From an uncultured Chloroflexia bacterium (GTDB lineage: Bacteria > Chloroflexota > Chloroflexia > Thermomicrobiales > UBA6265), in the NCBI GenBank assembly GCA_963724295.1, contig CAVRUC010000002.1, forward strand, positions 1-64,000: a stretch of 64,000 nucleotides of DNA. The letters run 5' to 3'. The stretch's first letter is position 1. Every line of letters starts with the position of its first letter. Both the position numbers and the translations under genes were made by a program. Under the pieces are notes generated by a model. The model searched no databases, was not told where the DNA came from, and was given only the letters and a program-made list of their open reading frames with translations. Shown here piece after piece: positions 9,423 to 19,475 of the stretch.

Positions 9423-11252
9423 ATGTCCACTGTGGTTCGCCTCGTTGCCGCTATCGCGATCCTTCTATGCGCACTGTGGCCGGCGATTGGCACGGTCGTG
9501 TCTGCGCAAGGGACGCCGGAAGCCCAGGGATACGGCCGGGAGAGTGATGGGTACGTCGGCGAATTCGCCGAGGTCCTGACCCAGCTGGATGCCTTCTGGC
9601 AAATGAGCTTCGAGAGGGCTGGAGCCACCTACCGGACACCAACCGTGATCGCGGTCGAGGCGTATCTCGACACCGCTTGCGGCCCCGCAAGTCCCGAGCG
9701 CATAGCTTTCTACTGCCGGCTCGACCAGACCATCTACTACTCACCGGGCATATTCGACGAGAAGAGTCAGCGCATCGGGGACTTTGTCCCCATCGTGGTG
9801 ACGGCACACGAGTGGGGTCACCACGTGCAGCGCCTGATCGGGCTCACACCGGAGCCGGGTAATGCCTTCGAACTGCAAGCCGACTGCCTTGCCGGCGCCT
9901 ACACCAGCGAGGCTGGCCAGCGGGGCCTGCTTGACCCGGGTGATGTGACCGAAGCGGTTCAAGCTTCCGCGGAGGCGGGCGATCCCCTGGGATTGCCGCA
10001 GGATGCCCCGGGCGCACATGGCATCAACGACGACCGGGTGTCGGCCTTCATGCGGGGCTACCTTGACGGGGCCACCGGCTGCGGCCTGCCTCTCGCGGCA
10101 GCCCCGGCATCGGGACCCGCCGTCACGAACCCCCAGCCTGCTCCAGAGACCGAGGGGCGGTCACGATCCCTCGCCACCCTCGTCCCGTCCCAGTTAGAGC
10201 TGCCACAGGGACAGTCGTTCCGGGTCGCTGATCAAGGCGCCACGACGTTCGACACCCTGGCCTCGGGATTCCCGGATCCAGGTGAAGCCGCCTCGCGTCT
10301 GCGCGAGTGGAGATGGCAAGCCAACAGCTATCGCTACTTTGCCTCAGATAATCCACCACCGAACGCTGCCGGTTGGGTCGAATTGAGCATCCACGGTTTC
10401 GCCGGCGCGGATGGCGCGGCGGCAGCCCTTCCGTATTTTGCCTCCAGTCGCGCCCGAGCTCTGGGTCTGGCGCCAGTCGAGATCGAGTTGTTCGGTGATC
10501 AGAGTGCAGCTCTCACTGGACCGGCCTTCAATGGCACGGAAATGACGATTTATGCCCGGCGCGGCAACCTGCTCATCCGCGCCACCGCAATCAGCCCGCA
10601 AGGAACCCCGCGTGCCGACGTGACCGAGGTGGCACTGGTGCCACTCCGCCAGTTGATCAACGACCTTGGGATTGTCTCTCCCGCGTTGCGGGGCCTGTTG
10701 CCGCCCACACCAATGATGCCCGCGGGATTGGTCCCGGCGGGAGATCAGGCCAAGAGTGCGGGAGCGATCGCTGACACCTTCGCCGATCCTGACGAGGCCG
10801 GACGGTTGTTCCAAGCATGGGGGTGGCGGGAGCATACTGCTCGGTCATTTGTGGCCGAGGGTCCGGGAACAGCCAATGGGACGACGCAACTCGACGTCGC
10901 AGCGTACCGATTCGCCGACCCAGCGGGGGCATCTCAAGCCCTGCCCTTCTTCGTCGATACCCGCGCCGAGGCTCTTGGGTTGCGCGAAGTGGCCGCGCCG
11001 GTGGCCGGAGATGAAGCTCGGGCTATCAGCGGGCCGGTCCAAGGGGGGCACGAGGCGACAGTGTATGTTCGTGCCGATACGGTCCTGCTGCGGTTTACGG
11101 CGGTCGGGTCTGGCAATCCCATGGCGGATATCGAGGCGCTGCTCAGTCACCTAAGAAAAGGAACGGATTCTCGCACCGATGACACGACTGCCTTTGAAGG
11201 TGGACCAACGGGTTTCGACTGGTCGGTTGGGGCAGCTGACAGTATGGGCTGA
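9423..11252 (+). CDS. Secreted neutral zinc metallopeptidase (YpfJ-like) with two repeated C-terminal domains
   Basis: SD AGGAGG, signal peptide, AFYC, AHEWGHHVQ and ELQADCLAG. Two similar ~135 aa domains follow (F.DP.EA...W.W...AL P.F...RA.ALGL). Confidence 0.85.
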   Translation: MSTVVRLVAAIAILLCALWPAIGTVVSAQGTPEAQGYGRESDGYVGEFAEVLTQLDAFWQMSFERAGATYRTPTVIAVEAYLDTACGPASPERIAFYCRLDQTIYYSPGIFDEKSQRIGDFVPIVVTAHEWGHHVQRLIGLTPEPGNAFELQADCLAGAYTSEAGQRGLLDPGDVTEAVQASAEAGDPLGLPQDAPGAHGINDDRVSAFMRGYLDGATGCGLPLAAAPASGPAVTNPQPAPETEGRSRSLATLVPSQLELPQGQSFRVADQGATTFDTLASGFPDPGEAASRLREWRWQANSYRYFASDNPPPNAAGWVELSIHGFAGADGAAAALPYFASSRARALGLAPVEIELFGDQSAALTGPAFNGTEMTIYARRGNLLIRATAISPQGTPRADVTEVALVPLRQLINDLGIVSPALRGLLPPTPMMPAGLVPAGDQAKSAGAIADTFADPDEAGRLFQAWGWREHTARSFVAEGPGTANGTTQLDVAAYRFADPAGASQALPFFVDTRAEALGLREVAAPVAGDEARAISGPVQGGHEATVYVRADTVLLRFTAVGSGNPMADIEALLSHLRKGTDSRTDDTTAFEGGPTGFDWSVGAADSMG

Positions 11253-11379
11253 CACCGATGCTCTACTACCGGCTTTCGGCTGGCGACACAGCCCACTGCG
11301 CTGGTCGGTGTGGCGATGCTTTGTGAACCGGCATGGAGTTCGATCAGGTCGGCGGCGGCATTCGATGAAGGAGCTTGGC

Positions 11380-12456
11380 ATGTCGCAGCGCGGTTCGCGA
11401 CGCGGACACTTGGGGTCTCTAAGGGTCAAGAGCGTGATGCAAGCGATACTGGTTACCGCGCTCGTCTTTGCATGTGGCATGGGCCGCTCCGCGGCCGCCG
11501 TGCCCAATGACGTGACGGCATCGATCCCGGCGATTGGCCAATCGGATACTGGGGCCGGCACCTTCGCGGTCGAGACGTACGCTTGCCAGCCGGGGATGGA
11601 CCTGCGGACGCTCGATCCCAACGGGTGCTCGCCGTCGCCTGAGCCCCTGATCGAGTGGCGGCTGTCGAGCGACCGGTTCGCCGAACCCCTGACCCAGACT
11701 GATGCCGATGTCAGGGGCGGAACAGTAACCTGGAATGGATTGCCGGCGGGCGAGTATTTCGTCGACCTGACCGCCGAAGTCTTTTTCTTCGGCCATGATG
11801 ACTATTTCATCCCGAGCAGCGACCAGGTGACGCGGCAAGACGAGCACACGACGCGGATCTTCTACCGATCCGCTGGGCCGCACGACAGCATCAACGCCTA
11901 TGTATTCTCAAGCGGTGGCGTGGCGATGGGACCGGGTGTTGTGGCCAGCGTCCACAACTGCCCGCCGGATACTCTGCTCGCCGACATCCAGGTGGAGCCG
12001 TGTGACGAGCCGATCTCGTCGGGTCAGCTTCGCGTCGTCTGCGACGATCAGGGCGCGATCGTGAAACTGGACCGCGCGTCCAGGCTCAATGACCTGACCC
12101 TGGCAGCCTCTCTCCCGCCCGGACCCTGCCGCCTCAATGTCCTCGATCTCCCTGATGACCACGACCTCGTTTATGTCTTTGGCGGCGACGCCGCCGGTAC
12201 ATTCCCCGCCGACGAGACGTTCCAGTTCGACCTGGATCAGGCAACGGTTGCGGCGGACGGCAATCTCCACCTGACCGTCTTCTTCCTCGACTCGTCGACG
12301 CCCGACGATGGTGACGGCGACGGGCTGAACAACACTGCCGAGGATGAGTTCGGCACCGATCCGGCGAAGGCCGACACCGACGGCGACGGTGCCTCCGACT
12401 TCAGTGAGGTCCGGTTCGGGAGCGATCCCATCGATGCGGCAAGCGTGCCTCGTTGA
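11380..12456 (+). CDS. Secreted protein with C-terminal Ca-binding thrombospondin type-3-like (DxDxDG) repeats
   Basis: SD AAGGAG, hydrophobic signal, and DDGDGDGLNNTAEDEFGTDPAKADTDGDGASDFSEVRFGSDP. Confidence 0.75.
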   Translation: MSQRGSRRGHLGSLRVKSVMQAILVTALVFACGMGRSAAAVPNDVTASIPAIGQSDTGAGTFAVETYACQPGMDLRTLDPNGCSPSPEPLIEWRLSSDRFAEPLTQTDADVRGGTVTWNGLPAGEYFVDLTAEVFFFGHDDYFIPSSDQVTRQDEHTTRIFYRSAGPHDSINAYVFSSGGVAMGPGVVASVHNCPPDTLLADIQVEPCDEPISSGQLRVVCDDQGAIVKLDRASRLNDLTLAASLPPGPCRLNVLDLPDDHDLVYVFGGDAAGTFPADETFQFDLDQATVAADGNLHLTVFFLDSSTPDDGDGDGLNNTAEDEFGTDPAKADTDGDGASDFSEVRFGSDPIDAASVPR

Positions 12457-12567
12457 ACTGCGAGCCCCGGGCTGAGCCAGGGGCCACAACGCCGGGCCCG
12501 GCAAGACCAGGACCACGACGAGCGACCGATGGCGCATCGACAATCGCCCGCCCGCCATGGGAGCGCC

Positions 12568-13854
12568 TCATGAGCTGGGCGGCGGAGGCGAGTCGTCCGG
12601 AGCGAGGTAGGCGCCGATGGCGGCGAAGATCTCCGCGTGGCTGGAATACCGGTAATTACCCTGGTCGTCGAAGGCTCCCTCATCAAACGTGGTAGCTACC
12701 GCAATGGCGATCTTCCCGGCGGGAAGGTAGCCGATGACCGCGCCGCAACCGGCAAAGAGGGGATTCTGGACAATCCAGTCGCCGGTGAGGACGACGCCGA
12801 GGCCGTAGTTGTACGTCGCGTCGAGAGTGTGGCAGTTGGGGCAGCCTTTGAGGGGTGAGCCGAAGCCGAGCAGATCGGGAGCAATCTGCGCCTGGTGGGA
12901 CTCCGGCGACAGCAGCGTCCCCTCGCCGATGGCCACGGCACTGGTGGCCAGATCGACGATGTCGCTCGTCTGGATGGCTCCCTTGGCGAGCGTCCAGGAC
13001 GGATTCCAATAGGTCGACTCCTCGTAGAAGCGCGTGTCGGCGGGGATGTCGAGCGGCTGCCTCCGCTCCGAGCTGAAGGCGTGCAACACCGGCTCCGTGA
13101 TCTCCGGGGTCGACCAGGCGACGGTATTCCGGAGGCCCATCGGACCGAGCACCTGCTCCTGCAGGGTGACGTCCAGCGGCTGGCCGGTGATCTTCTCCAG
13201 CGCCTGTCCCAGGATCACGTAGTTGGTGTGTGAGTAGTCCCAGTTGGTCCCCGGCTCGAAGACTCGCGGCGTGGAAAGGCCGATGGCGATCTGCTCTTCG
13301 GGAGTCCACTGCCGGAACGGGTCCTCGTAGAGCGCCTGGATGAACCCCGCGTTCTGGACAAAGTCGGGATAGCCGGAGGTCATATCGGCCAGCATGCGCA
13401 GCGTGACCTGGCCGGCGTCGGGCAGGTCGGGCAGCCAGGCATCGATCGTGTCGTCGAGGGTCACCATCTGCTGGTCGACCAGGAGCAGCAGCAGCGTCGA
13501 CATATATGAGATCGCCACGGCGCCATTGCGGAAGTGCATCTCCGTCGTCGCCGGCACCCCCGACATCGATTCGCCCAGCGCTTCGGTGACGATCTCCTGG
13601 CCGTCGATCAGGACGCGCACGATGACCGCCTTGACGTCTTGCTTGTCCATGATGTCGCGGGCGATGGCAACAATCGCTTCGGCCTGATCACCCGGCGTAC
13701 CCGTCACCGGCGTTGCCTGGCGCCGCGGCGCGGAGGCGACGGGACGGGCTGACCCGGCGATGACGGCACCGCCGGCGAGGGTAAGACCCATGGCAACCGC
13801 GTCCCGGCGCGTCAACGCCGCGCCCACGATTCGGTGATCCGTCTGGTCGCTCAC
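12568..13854 (-). CDS. Tat-exported beta-lactamase-fold (serine hydrolase family) protein with non-canonical active site
   Basis: LTRRDAV signal; VTLRMLADMTSG, FEPGTNWDYSHTNY and LGPMGLRNT. The SxxK position reads GAVAIS. Confidence 0.85.
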   Translation of the reverse strand: MSDQTDHRIVGAALTRRDAVAMGLTLAGGAVIAGSARPVASAPRRQATPVTGTPGDQAEAIVAIARDIMDKQDVKAVIVRVLIDGQEIVTEALGESMSGVPATTEMHFRNGAVAISYMSTLLLLLVDQQMVTLDDTIDAWLPDLPDAGQVTLRMLADMTSGYPDFVQNAGFIQALYEDPFRQWTPEEQIAIGLSTPRVFEPGTNWDYSHTNYVILGQALEKITGQPLDVTLQEQVLGPMGLRNTVAWSTPEITEPVLHAFSSERRQPLDIPADTRFYEESTYWNPSWTLAKGAIQTSDIVDLATSAVAIGEGTLLSPESHQAQIAPDLLGFGSPLKGCPNCHTLDATYNYGLGVVLTGDWIVQNPLFAGCGAVIGYLPAGKIAIAVATTFDEGAFDDQGNYRYSSHAEIFAAIGAYLAPDDSPPPPSS

Positions 13855-14074
13855 GGCGTGCTCCTCCTGTTGGCAATCGACAGAGCCCGATCAGGCTGCC
13901 ACGCCCGATCGCCACGACATGGCTTCGTACCAGGATATCGTCCCCATCCTACCGCAGGTTGCAGGCATGCACCCTCGGTTTCTCCCAACCGCCCCCGAAT
14001 CCGCTCGCTCGCACGCCGCAATGATTCGTCGTCGAGGCTCAGCACGAAGCGTCATTGCGTGCCCGCCGTGCCCC

Positions 14075-14104
14075 TGTCGATTGTGGCCGGTGGGAAACGA
14101 CTAC
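14075..14104 (+). promoter_or_regulatory. ECF42-type promoter (TGTCGA-N17-CGAC) upstream of DoxX copy 1
   Basis: TGTCGATTGTGGCCGGTGGGAAACGACTAC. The same motif recurs at 22076 and 48538. Confidence 0.65.
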
Positions 14105-14149
14105 TTGATGAAACCACGGAGGGCGTGGCGAGTACGAGAGGAGGTAGGG

Positions 14150-14551
14150 ATGAACCGGAATCGCGCATTGTGGATCGTGCAGGGACTGCTGGCGGCCCTG
14201 TTTCTCTTCGCCGGCGGCATGAAGCTCATCACCCCCGTCGAGGTGCTCTCGGCGATGTCACCCTTCCCGGGCGAGTTCATCCGCTTCATCGGCGTCTGCG
14301 AAGTGCTCGGTGCAGTGGGGCTGATCCTGCCGTACGCGCTGCGTATCCTGCCGGGGCTCACCGCGCTGGCGGCGGCCGGTCTGGTGGTGATCATGGTCGG
14401 GGCGACGGTCTCCACGCTGGCCATCGGTGGCGGGCTGCTGGCGCTGCCGACCCTGCTGCTGGGACTCCTCGCCGCCCTCGTGGCCTATGGCCGCCGGCCA
14501 CAGGCACCGTACGCCGGCACGACGCGCTCCGTGCTCCAGCCGGCCCACTGA
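14150..14551 (+). CDS. DoxX family membrane protein (copy 1)
   Basis: SD GGAGG; MNRNRALWIVQGLLAALFLFAGGMKL...FIGVCEVLGAVGLILP; 4 hydrophobic segments. Confidence 0.9.
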   Translation: MNRNRALWIVQGLLAALFLFAGGMKLITPVEVLSAMSPFPGEFIRFIGVCEVLGAVGLILPYALRILPGLTALAAAGLVVIMVGATVSTLAIGGGLLALPTLLLGLLAALVAYGRRPQAPYAGTTRSVLQPAH

Positions 14552-14671
14552 TCCCCGGCGCTCCCAGGTTGAATCTAGCCATCGAGCTCGGCGCTCGGTG
14601 GCTGGCTGTCGTATGCGGATGACCGATCAGCGCGCTAGCTCTGCGTCGCTTCGATACCGAACTGCGCAGTA

Positions 14672-14825
14672 GGCGTGCTCGTCGCGCGCGCCAGCGGTCG
14701 ACCCCTCGAGCAGTTCCTGCGCGAACGCGTCTTCGATCCGTTCGGTATGAAAGACACCGGATTCCGTGTTCCCGCGGCCAAGCGCGACCGCCTTGCCAGC
14801 AGCTATGCGCACTACGCGGAGATCG
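14672..14825 (+). pseudogene. Internal fragment of a serine hydrolase (beta-lactamase family)
   Basis: GVLVARASGRPLEQFLRERVFDPFGMKDTGFRVPAAKRDRLASSY is preceded by a stop codon and has no N- or C-terminal portion. Confidence 0.75.
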
Positions 14826-17800
14826 GGGGCGCGACGTCTCCGACGATGCTGGCGCTCGCCGGCGGCGTGGCCCACCGGGCCGGGTCGCGCACCGCGTCGA
14901 CCACCTGCCGGATGGCATCGATGACCAGCTCCGGGTGCTCCGCCTGAATGTAGTGTCCACTGTCGGCGATGCTGACCAGGCGAGCATCCGCCAAGAGCGT
15001 ACCCACAAACGCCGCGTTCGCCTCGAGGGCCGCCGCCAATGCCTCCGGATACCCGGGCGGCAGATCCGCGATCTGCTCGGGCGTCATCTCGCCCGTGCGG
15101 CCGGCGGAGAGGACCACCAGCGGGAGTGGCCGCAACGGCTGGGCGGCGGCCGCCCGCTCCATCTCGTCGGCCGAGGCATTGATGTCGATCCGCTCAACTT
15201 CCGGGTAGGTCGCCAGCAGGTCCGGCGGCGGCACACCGTTGGTGGCCAGCCACGTCTGCCACTGGTCTGGCGTCATCGCTGCCCGCACCGCCTCACTAAA
15301 GGGGTCGACCAGGACGAGGCCGCCGACCTCGTCGGGATAGGTGGCGGCGTAGAGGCGGGCGACCAGGCCGCCGAACGAGTGCCCGGCCAGGACGTAGGGG
15401 CCGGGGATCTCAGCCGCGCTCAAGAGGGCGTGCAGGTCGGCGACCATGTCCTCGGCGGTGGTGGGCTGGGGGATGGGGTCGCTGCGGCTGCGGTCGTCTG
15501 GGGGATCGGCGTCCAGCGCCGTACCAGGGCGGTCGTACGCACAGACGCGGGTAAAAGAGGCCACCCCGGGCAAGACGGACGGCGGCGCCACCTCGTCCGG
15601 CAGGACGGTCCAGGCGCCGCCGGTGTTGCCGCCGCCGGAGACGAGCACGACGGTGGGACCATCTTGCCCGCGGCACTGGAGGAACATCCGCCGGCCGCCG
15701 CCGATGTCGACCAGCCCCGAGAAGTCACCTGTGCCACCAATGTCGACGACTGGGGTGGCGGTTTGTGCCGCGGGGAATGTGACGACGTCCCGCCCCAGCG
15801 GGAGGTCGTCGTGGCGCGGCCCGGTGCGCTCATGGGTGATCGGGATCGGCTCCAGCGTGTCGTAATGGGGCAGCACGTCTTCCAGGGGTGGCGTCTGGCC
15901 GGTCAGCTCGAACGTGTCGAAGACGTAGGGCAGGCCGTCGCCGGCTATGATCGATGGACGGTCCGTCACCTGGAAGTGCAAATGCGGCCCGCCCGACGTG
16001 CCGGAGCTCCCCGCCTTCGCGATCTGTTGCCCACGCGTGACCCGATCGCCAGGTTGCACCGCGACGCTGCCCGCTTGCAGGTGCGCATAGATCGCAAACC
16101 GCCCCTCACCGAGATCGAGCACGACGCGGTTGCCGCCAGCGGAGTCGGGCGTGATGTCCTCCCGCGCTTGGCCCACCAACAGATCCGGGTAGCGATCGAC
16201 CGCTTCCACGACGGTAGCGTCGGCCACCGCCAGCACGGGCTGGCCAAAGGTGGGAAAGCTGGTGGGGAGGGTCGGATCACCGACTCCAGGTCGGTTCTGG
16301 GCGTCCAACTGGTTGAAGTCGATGGCGAAGCGCTGCGCCAGATACCACTGACCATCGGCCGCAATGAGCGCGCGGCGATGTGGTCCGTCACAACAACTCC
16401 CGAGTGCGACCCACCCTGCCCCTCCTAGGGGAGCGCCGAGCACCACCGGCGACCGCCGATCAACTGCTACCGGGGCGGTCGTGTAGGACAACCAGGCATC
16501 GGGAATGGGCACGTCGGGCGGCGGATCGATGGTCACCCGGTGCGCGATGGAGGCCGGGATGTCGCCTTCGCTGGCGAGCGGCACGTCGAGCCAGACCACG
16601 CCGGTGGTCGAAGGGGGCAAGACCGTGGCCGGTGTCTCCGGCGACATGGCCAGCGACATGGCTGCCAGCAGTGCCTCGCCGCTCAGACGCACAAGGGTGG
16701 CTCCCGAATCGGCGTCGAGGACGTCGACCTTGCTAACGGTCACCGGCACCGGAGTCGCGTTGGTCACCAGCAGCTCGTAGACCAGATGGACTTGGCCATC
16801 CGTGCCCGTGAACCAGCGGGGAGGCGCAAGAACGCTATCGAGCAGGGGTGTCAACTGCGTGCCACCCGCAGTCGAGATTGGCGTCGCTTGAGCGTCGACC
16901 AGGGATGCAGCGGCAGATGCGAGCGGCCAGGTGCTCGGGTCGCGCACCGCCTCGACCACCTGCTGGATGGCGTCGATGACCAGTTCCGGCTGCTGGGTAT
17001 GAACGTAGTGCCCGCTCTCGGTGGCGATCACCTGCCGCGCACCCGGCACCAGTGCCGCCAGCTCGGCTTGGAGCTCTTGCGCCACCGTTTCGAGCGTGTC
17101 CCACGGGAAGTCCGGAGGCAGTACCGACTGCAGCTCGGGCGGCAGGTCCGCGCCGACCGGAATGCCGTGGGTGAGGATGACCAGCGGTAGCGGCGGTAAC
17201 GGCTGGGCGGCGGCCGCGGTCCGCAGCTGGGCGAAGCTGGCATCGAGGTCCATCCGCTCCAGGTCGGGGTCATCGGCCAGTTCGGGCGGGACCTGCGTGC
17301 CAAGGCGCTCAAACGCCGCCCACTGCTCCGGCGTCAGCGCCGCCTGGATCCGGGCGTTCTGCTCCTCATGGCTGGCATCGACGAGGACCAGCCCGACGAC
17401 CTCGTCCGGGTAGGTGGCCGCGTAGAGGCGGACGATGATGCCGCCGAGGGAGTGGGCGGCCAGGACGTAGGGACCGGGGATCGCCGCCGCGCTCAGCAGA
17501 GCGTGCAGGTCGGCCACGGCGTCCGCCGCGGTACGGGGTTGAGGGACGGGGTCGCTGCGGCCGCGGTACTCGAGATCGAGTCCGGTCCCGGGGCGGTCGT
17601 AGGCGCACACACGAGTAAACGCCGCGACTCCAGGCAGCACGGCCGTTTCCTCTGAATTGAGTCCGAGCGCAATCGTGTCCCAGATGTCGGCGTCATTGCC
17701 GTAGCCGGCCTCGAGGACGACGGTCGGACTGCCTTCGCCGCGGCACTGCAGGAACATCTCGCGGCCGCCGCCAATGTCCACCAGACCCGCGAAGTCACCA

Positions 17801-17907
17801 CGCGTGGGAACGGGTAATGCAGCCGCCGGCGTGGCGGACCCGGCCACGGCCGGGATCGGCACGCCGAGAAGCACGGTGAGCAGGGCGATACCGTGGATTA
17901 GGCGCAT
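14812..17907 (-). CDS. Secreted alpha/beta hydrolase - M23 peptidase - alpha/beta hydrolase fusion protein
   Basis: SD AAGGAG and signal peptide. Two paralogous hydrolase domains (AHSLGG / GHSFGG nucleophile elbows, C-terminal SGHY). Central M23 domain with QRFAIDF, YAHLQ and GPHLHFQ. Confidence 0.9.
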   Translation of the reverse strand: MRLIHGIALLTVLLGVPIPAVAGSATPAAALPVPTRGDFAGLVDIGGGREMFLQCRGEGSPTVVLEAGYGNDADIWDTIALGLNSEETAVLPGVAAFTRVCAYDRPGTGLDLEYRGRSDPVPQPRTAADAVADLHALLSAAAIPGPYVLAAHSLGGIIVRLYAATYPDEVVGLVLVDASHEEQNARIQAALTPEQWAAFERLGTQVPPELADDPDLERMDLDASFAQLRTAAAAQPLPPLPLVILTHGIPVGADLPPELQSVLPPDFPWDTLETVAQELQAELAALVPGARQVIATESGHYVHTQQPELVIDAIQQVVEAVRDPSTWPLASAAASLVDAQATPISTAGGTQLTPLLDSVLAPPRWFTGTDGQVHLVYELLVTNATPVPVTVSKVDVLDADSGATLVRLSGEALLAAMSLAMSPETPATVLPPSTTGVVWLDVPLASEGDIPASIAHRVTIDPPPDVPIPDAWLSYTTAPVAVDRRSPVVLGAPLGGAGWVALGSCCDGPHRRALIAADGQWYLAQRFAIDFNQLDAQNRPGVGDPTLPTSFPTFGQPVLAVADATVVEAVDRYPDLLVGQAREDITPDSAGGNRVVLDLGEGRFAIYAHLQAGSVAVQPGDRVTRGQQIAKAGSSGTSGGPHLHFQVTDRPSIIAGDGLPYVFDTFELTGQTPPLEDVLPHYDTLEPIPITHERTGPRHDDLPLGRDVVTFPAAQTATPVVDIGGTGDFSGLVDIGGGRRMFLQCRGQDGPTVVLVSGGGNTGGAWTVLPDEVAPPSVLPGVASFTRVCAYDRPGTALDADPPDDRSRSDPIPQPTTAEDMVADLHALLSAAEIPGPYVLAGHSFGGLVARLYAATYPDEVGGLVLVDPFSEAVRAAMTPDQWQTWLATNGVPPPDLLATYPEVERIDINASADEMERAAAAQPLRPLPLVVLSAGRTGEMTPEQIADLPPGYPEALAAALEANAAFVGTLLADARLVSIADSGHYIQAEHPELVIDAIRQVVDAVRDPARWATPPASASIVGDVAPPISA

Positions 17908-17925
17908 GCGACATCTCCTTCTGCG

Positions 17926-19374
17926 TCACCTCAATTGCCGGAAAGAAACCAGTCTTCGCTGGCTCATGCGCCGGGCGTGGCCAGGCGCCTCCGCCAGGAA
18001 GAGATCGCCGGCCGGCCAGGTGCCGACCGCGTCGACCGCCTGACCCAGCGCGGTGATGGCCTCGTTGAGGAACGCGTTGTAATCCGGCGGGAGGGAGTTG
18101 ACGGCAAAGGCGATGGCCACGCCGTCCGGCCGCCGATTCACCCAGGCGGCGGTGGAGCCGATCAGCGCGCCGACCCGCGACCACGCCACGCCACCCGCCT
18201 CCGGGATCATGTCCCACCCGAGGCCGGCGGTGACCTCGGCGGTGACCCCGGGGTAGCCGGTACCGGGCGCCTCGGTCCGGGGGCGCGGGGTGGTCATCAT
18301 GGCCCGCACCGTCTCCGGCTCGAGCAGGGCCGGTCCTCGCTGGCCGTCCACGGCGGTCGCGAAGCGGACAAGGTCGGCGGCACTGGCAATCCAGCCGCCG
18401 TGGGCGTCAAGCGCCTCCAGATAGGTGCTGCCCCCGTAGGCGAAGGGGGCGTACCCCTCCCCCCAGAAGACCGACCAGCCCGGTGCCTGTCCCGGCGGCG
18501 CGTAGTACCGCACCTCCCGGGGTGCGCGGTCGGCAAGCCGGGTACGGCCGAGGCGCATGGTCGTGATCCCGGCCGGGGTGAGGACGTGATCCCGCACGTA
18601 GGCCTCGTAGGGCTGTGCCGAGACGTGCTCGATGACGCGCCCCAGCACGTTGAAGCCAAAGTTCGAGTAGGCCTGGCGGGTGCCGGGGGCGAAGTCGAGC
18701 GGTTCCCCGAGCATGAAGCGAACGATGGTCGCCGCCTCCGCCGGGTCGTCCAGGCCGACCATGGCCGCCGCCGTGCGGCTGAAGGGGAGCCCCTGCGGAT
18801 CGAAGCTCTGGGCGCTGTCCCAGCCGCCGGTGTGGACTAACAGGTCCTGCACCGTAATGGTGTCCAGGCGGGGATCCATCGTGGCATGCGGCGGTGGCGC
18901 GAAGGCGAGCATGGGGAACACGGACTCGTCGAGCGCGAGCGTGCCCGCATCCACAAGTGTCAGGACGGCGACGGCCGTAATCGCCTTCGAGACGCTGGCG
19001 ATGCGGAAGAGGGAGGTCGGGAGCACCGGCTCGCCGCGTTCGACATCGGCCAGGCCGTAGCCGCGATTGAGCACTAGGCGCCCGTCTTTGGCCAGCGCCA
19101 CCTGGCCGCCCGGCAGCTGCCAGCGTGCCATGAGGTCGTCCATCACGGCATCGACGGCCGCGAGTTCCGGCGCTGGCTGACCGGTCGTGGGGAGAGTCAG
19201 TTGCGACGATGAGTCCACGATCGGGGTGCCCGATAGCTGCTGTGCGGCGACCACAGCCGTGTCTTGGGGCCGTATCCGTAGGGAGCCAGCCACGGCGCCG
19301 GCAGCCAAGGACTTGACCACACCGCGGCGCGAGACGGCGTCCCGTCCCAGCGTTCCAACCTCTGCTCGCGTCAT
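17926..19374 (-). CDS. Tat-exported serine hydrolase (beta-lactamase/penicillin-binding family)
   Basis: SD AAAGGA, VSRRGVVK signal, FRIASVSK (SxxK), LLVHTGG and YSNFGF. Confidence 0.9.
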   Translation of the reverse strand: MTRAEVGTLGRDAVSRRGVVKSLAAGAVAGSLRIRPQDTAVVAAQQLSGTPIVDSSSQLTLPTTGQPAPELAAVDAVMDDLMARWQLPGGQVALAKDGRLVLNRGYGLADVERGEPVLPTSLFRIASVSKAITAVAVLTLVDAGTLALDESVFPMLAFAPPPHATMDPRLDTITVQDLLVHTGGWDSAQSFDPQGLPFSRTAAAMVGLDDPAEAATIVRFMLGEPLDFAPGTRQAYSNFGFNVLGRVIEHVSAQPYEAYVRDHVLTPAGITTMRLGRTRLADRAPREVRYYAPPGQAPGWSVFWGEGYAPFAYGGSTYLEALDAHGGWIASAADLVRFATAVDGQRGPALLEPETVRAMMTTPRPRTEAPGTGYPGVTAEVTAGLGWDMIPEAGGVAWSRVGALIGSTAAWVNRRPDGVAIAFAVNSLPPDYNAFLNEAITALGQAVDAVGTWPAGDLFLAEAPGHARRMSQRRLVSFRQLR

Positions 19375-19475
19375 CGCCGCCAATCCTTTCTTGTGGCCGG
19401 ATCGCGGGTTGCCACGGTCCTGGCTGGTGAGTGCCGCTGCCGCCTCACCCCTCATCGGGTCGGGGCCACACCGCC

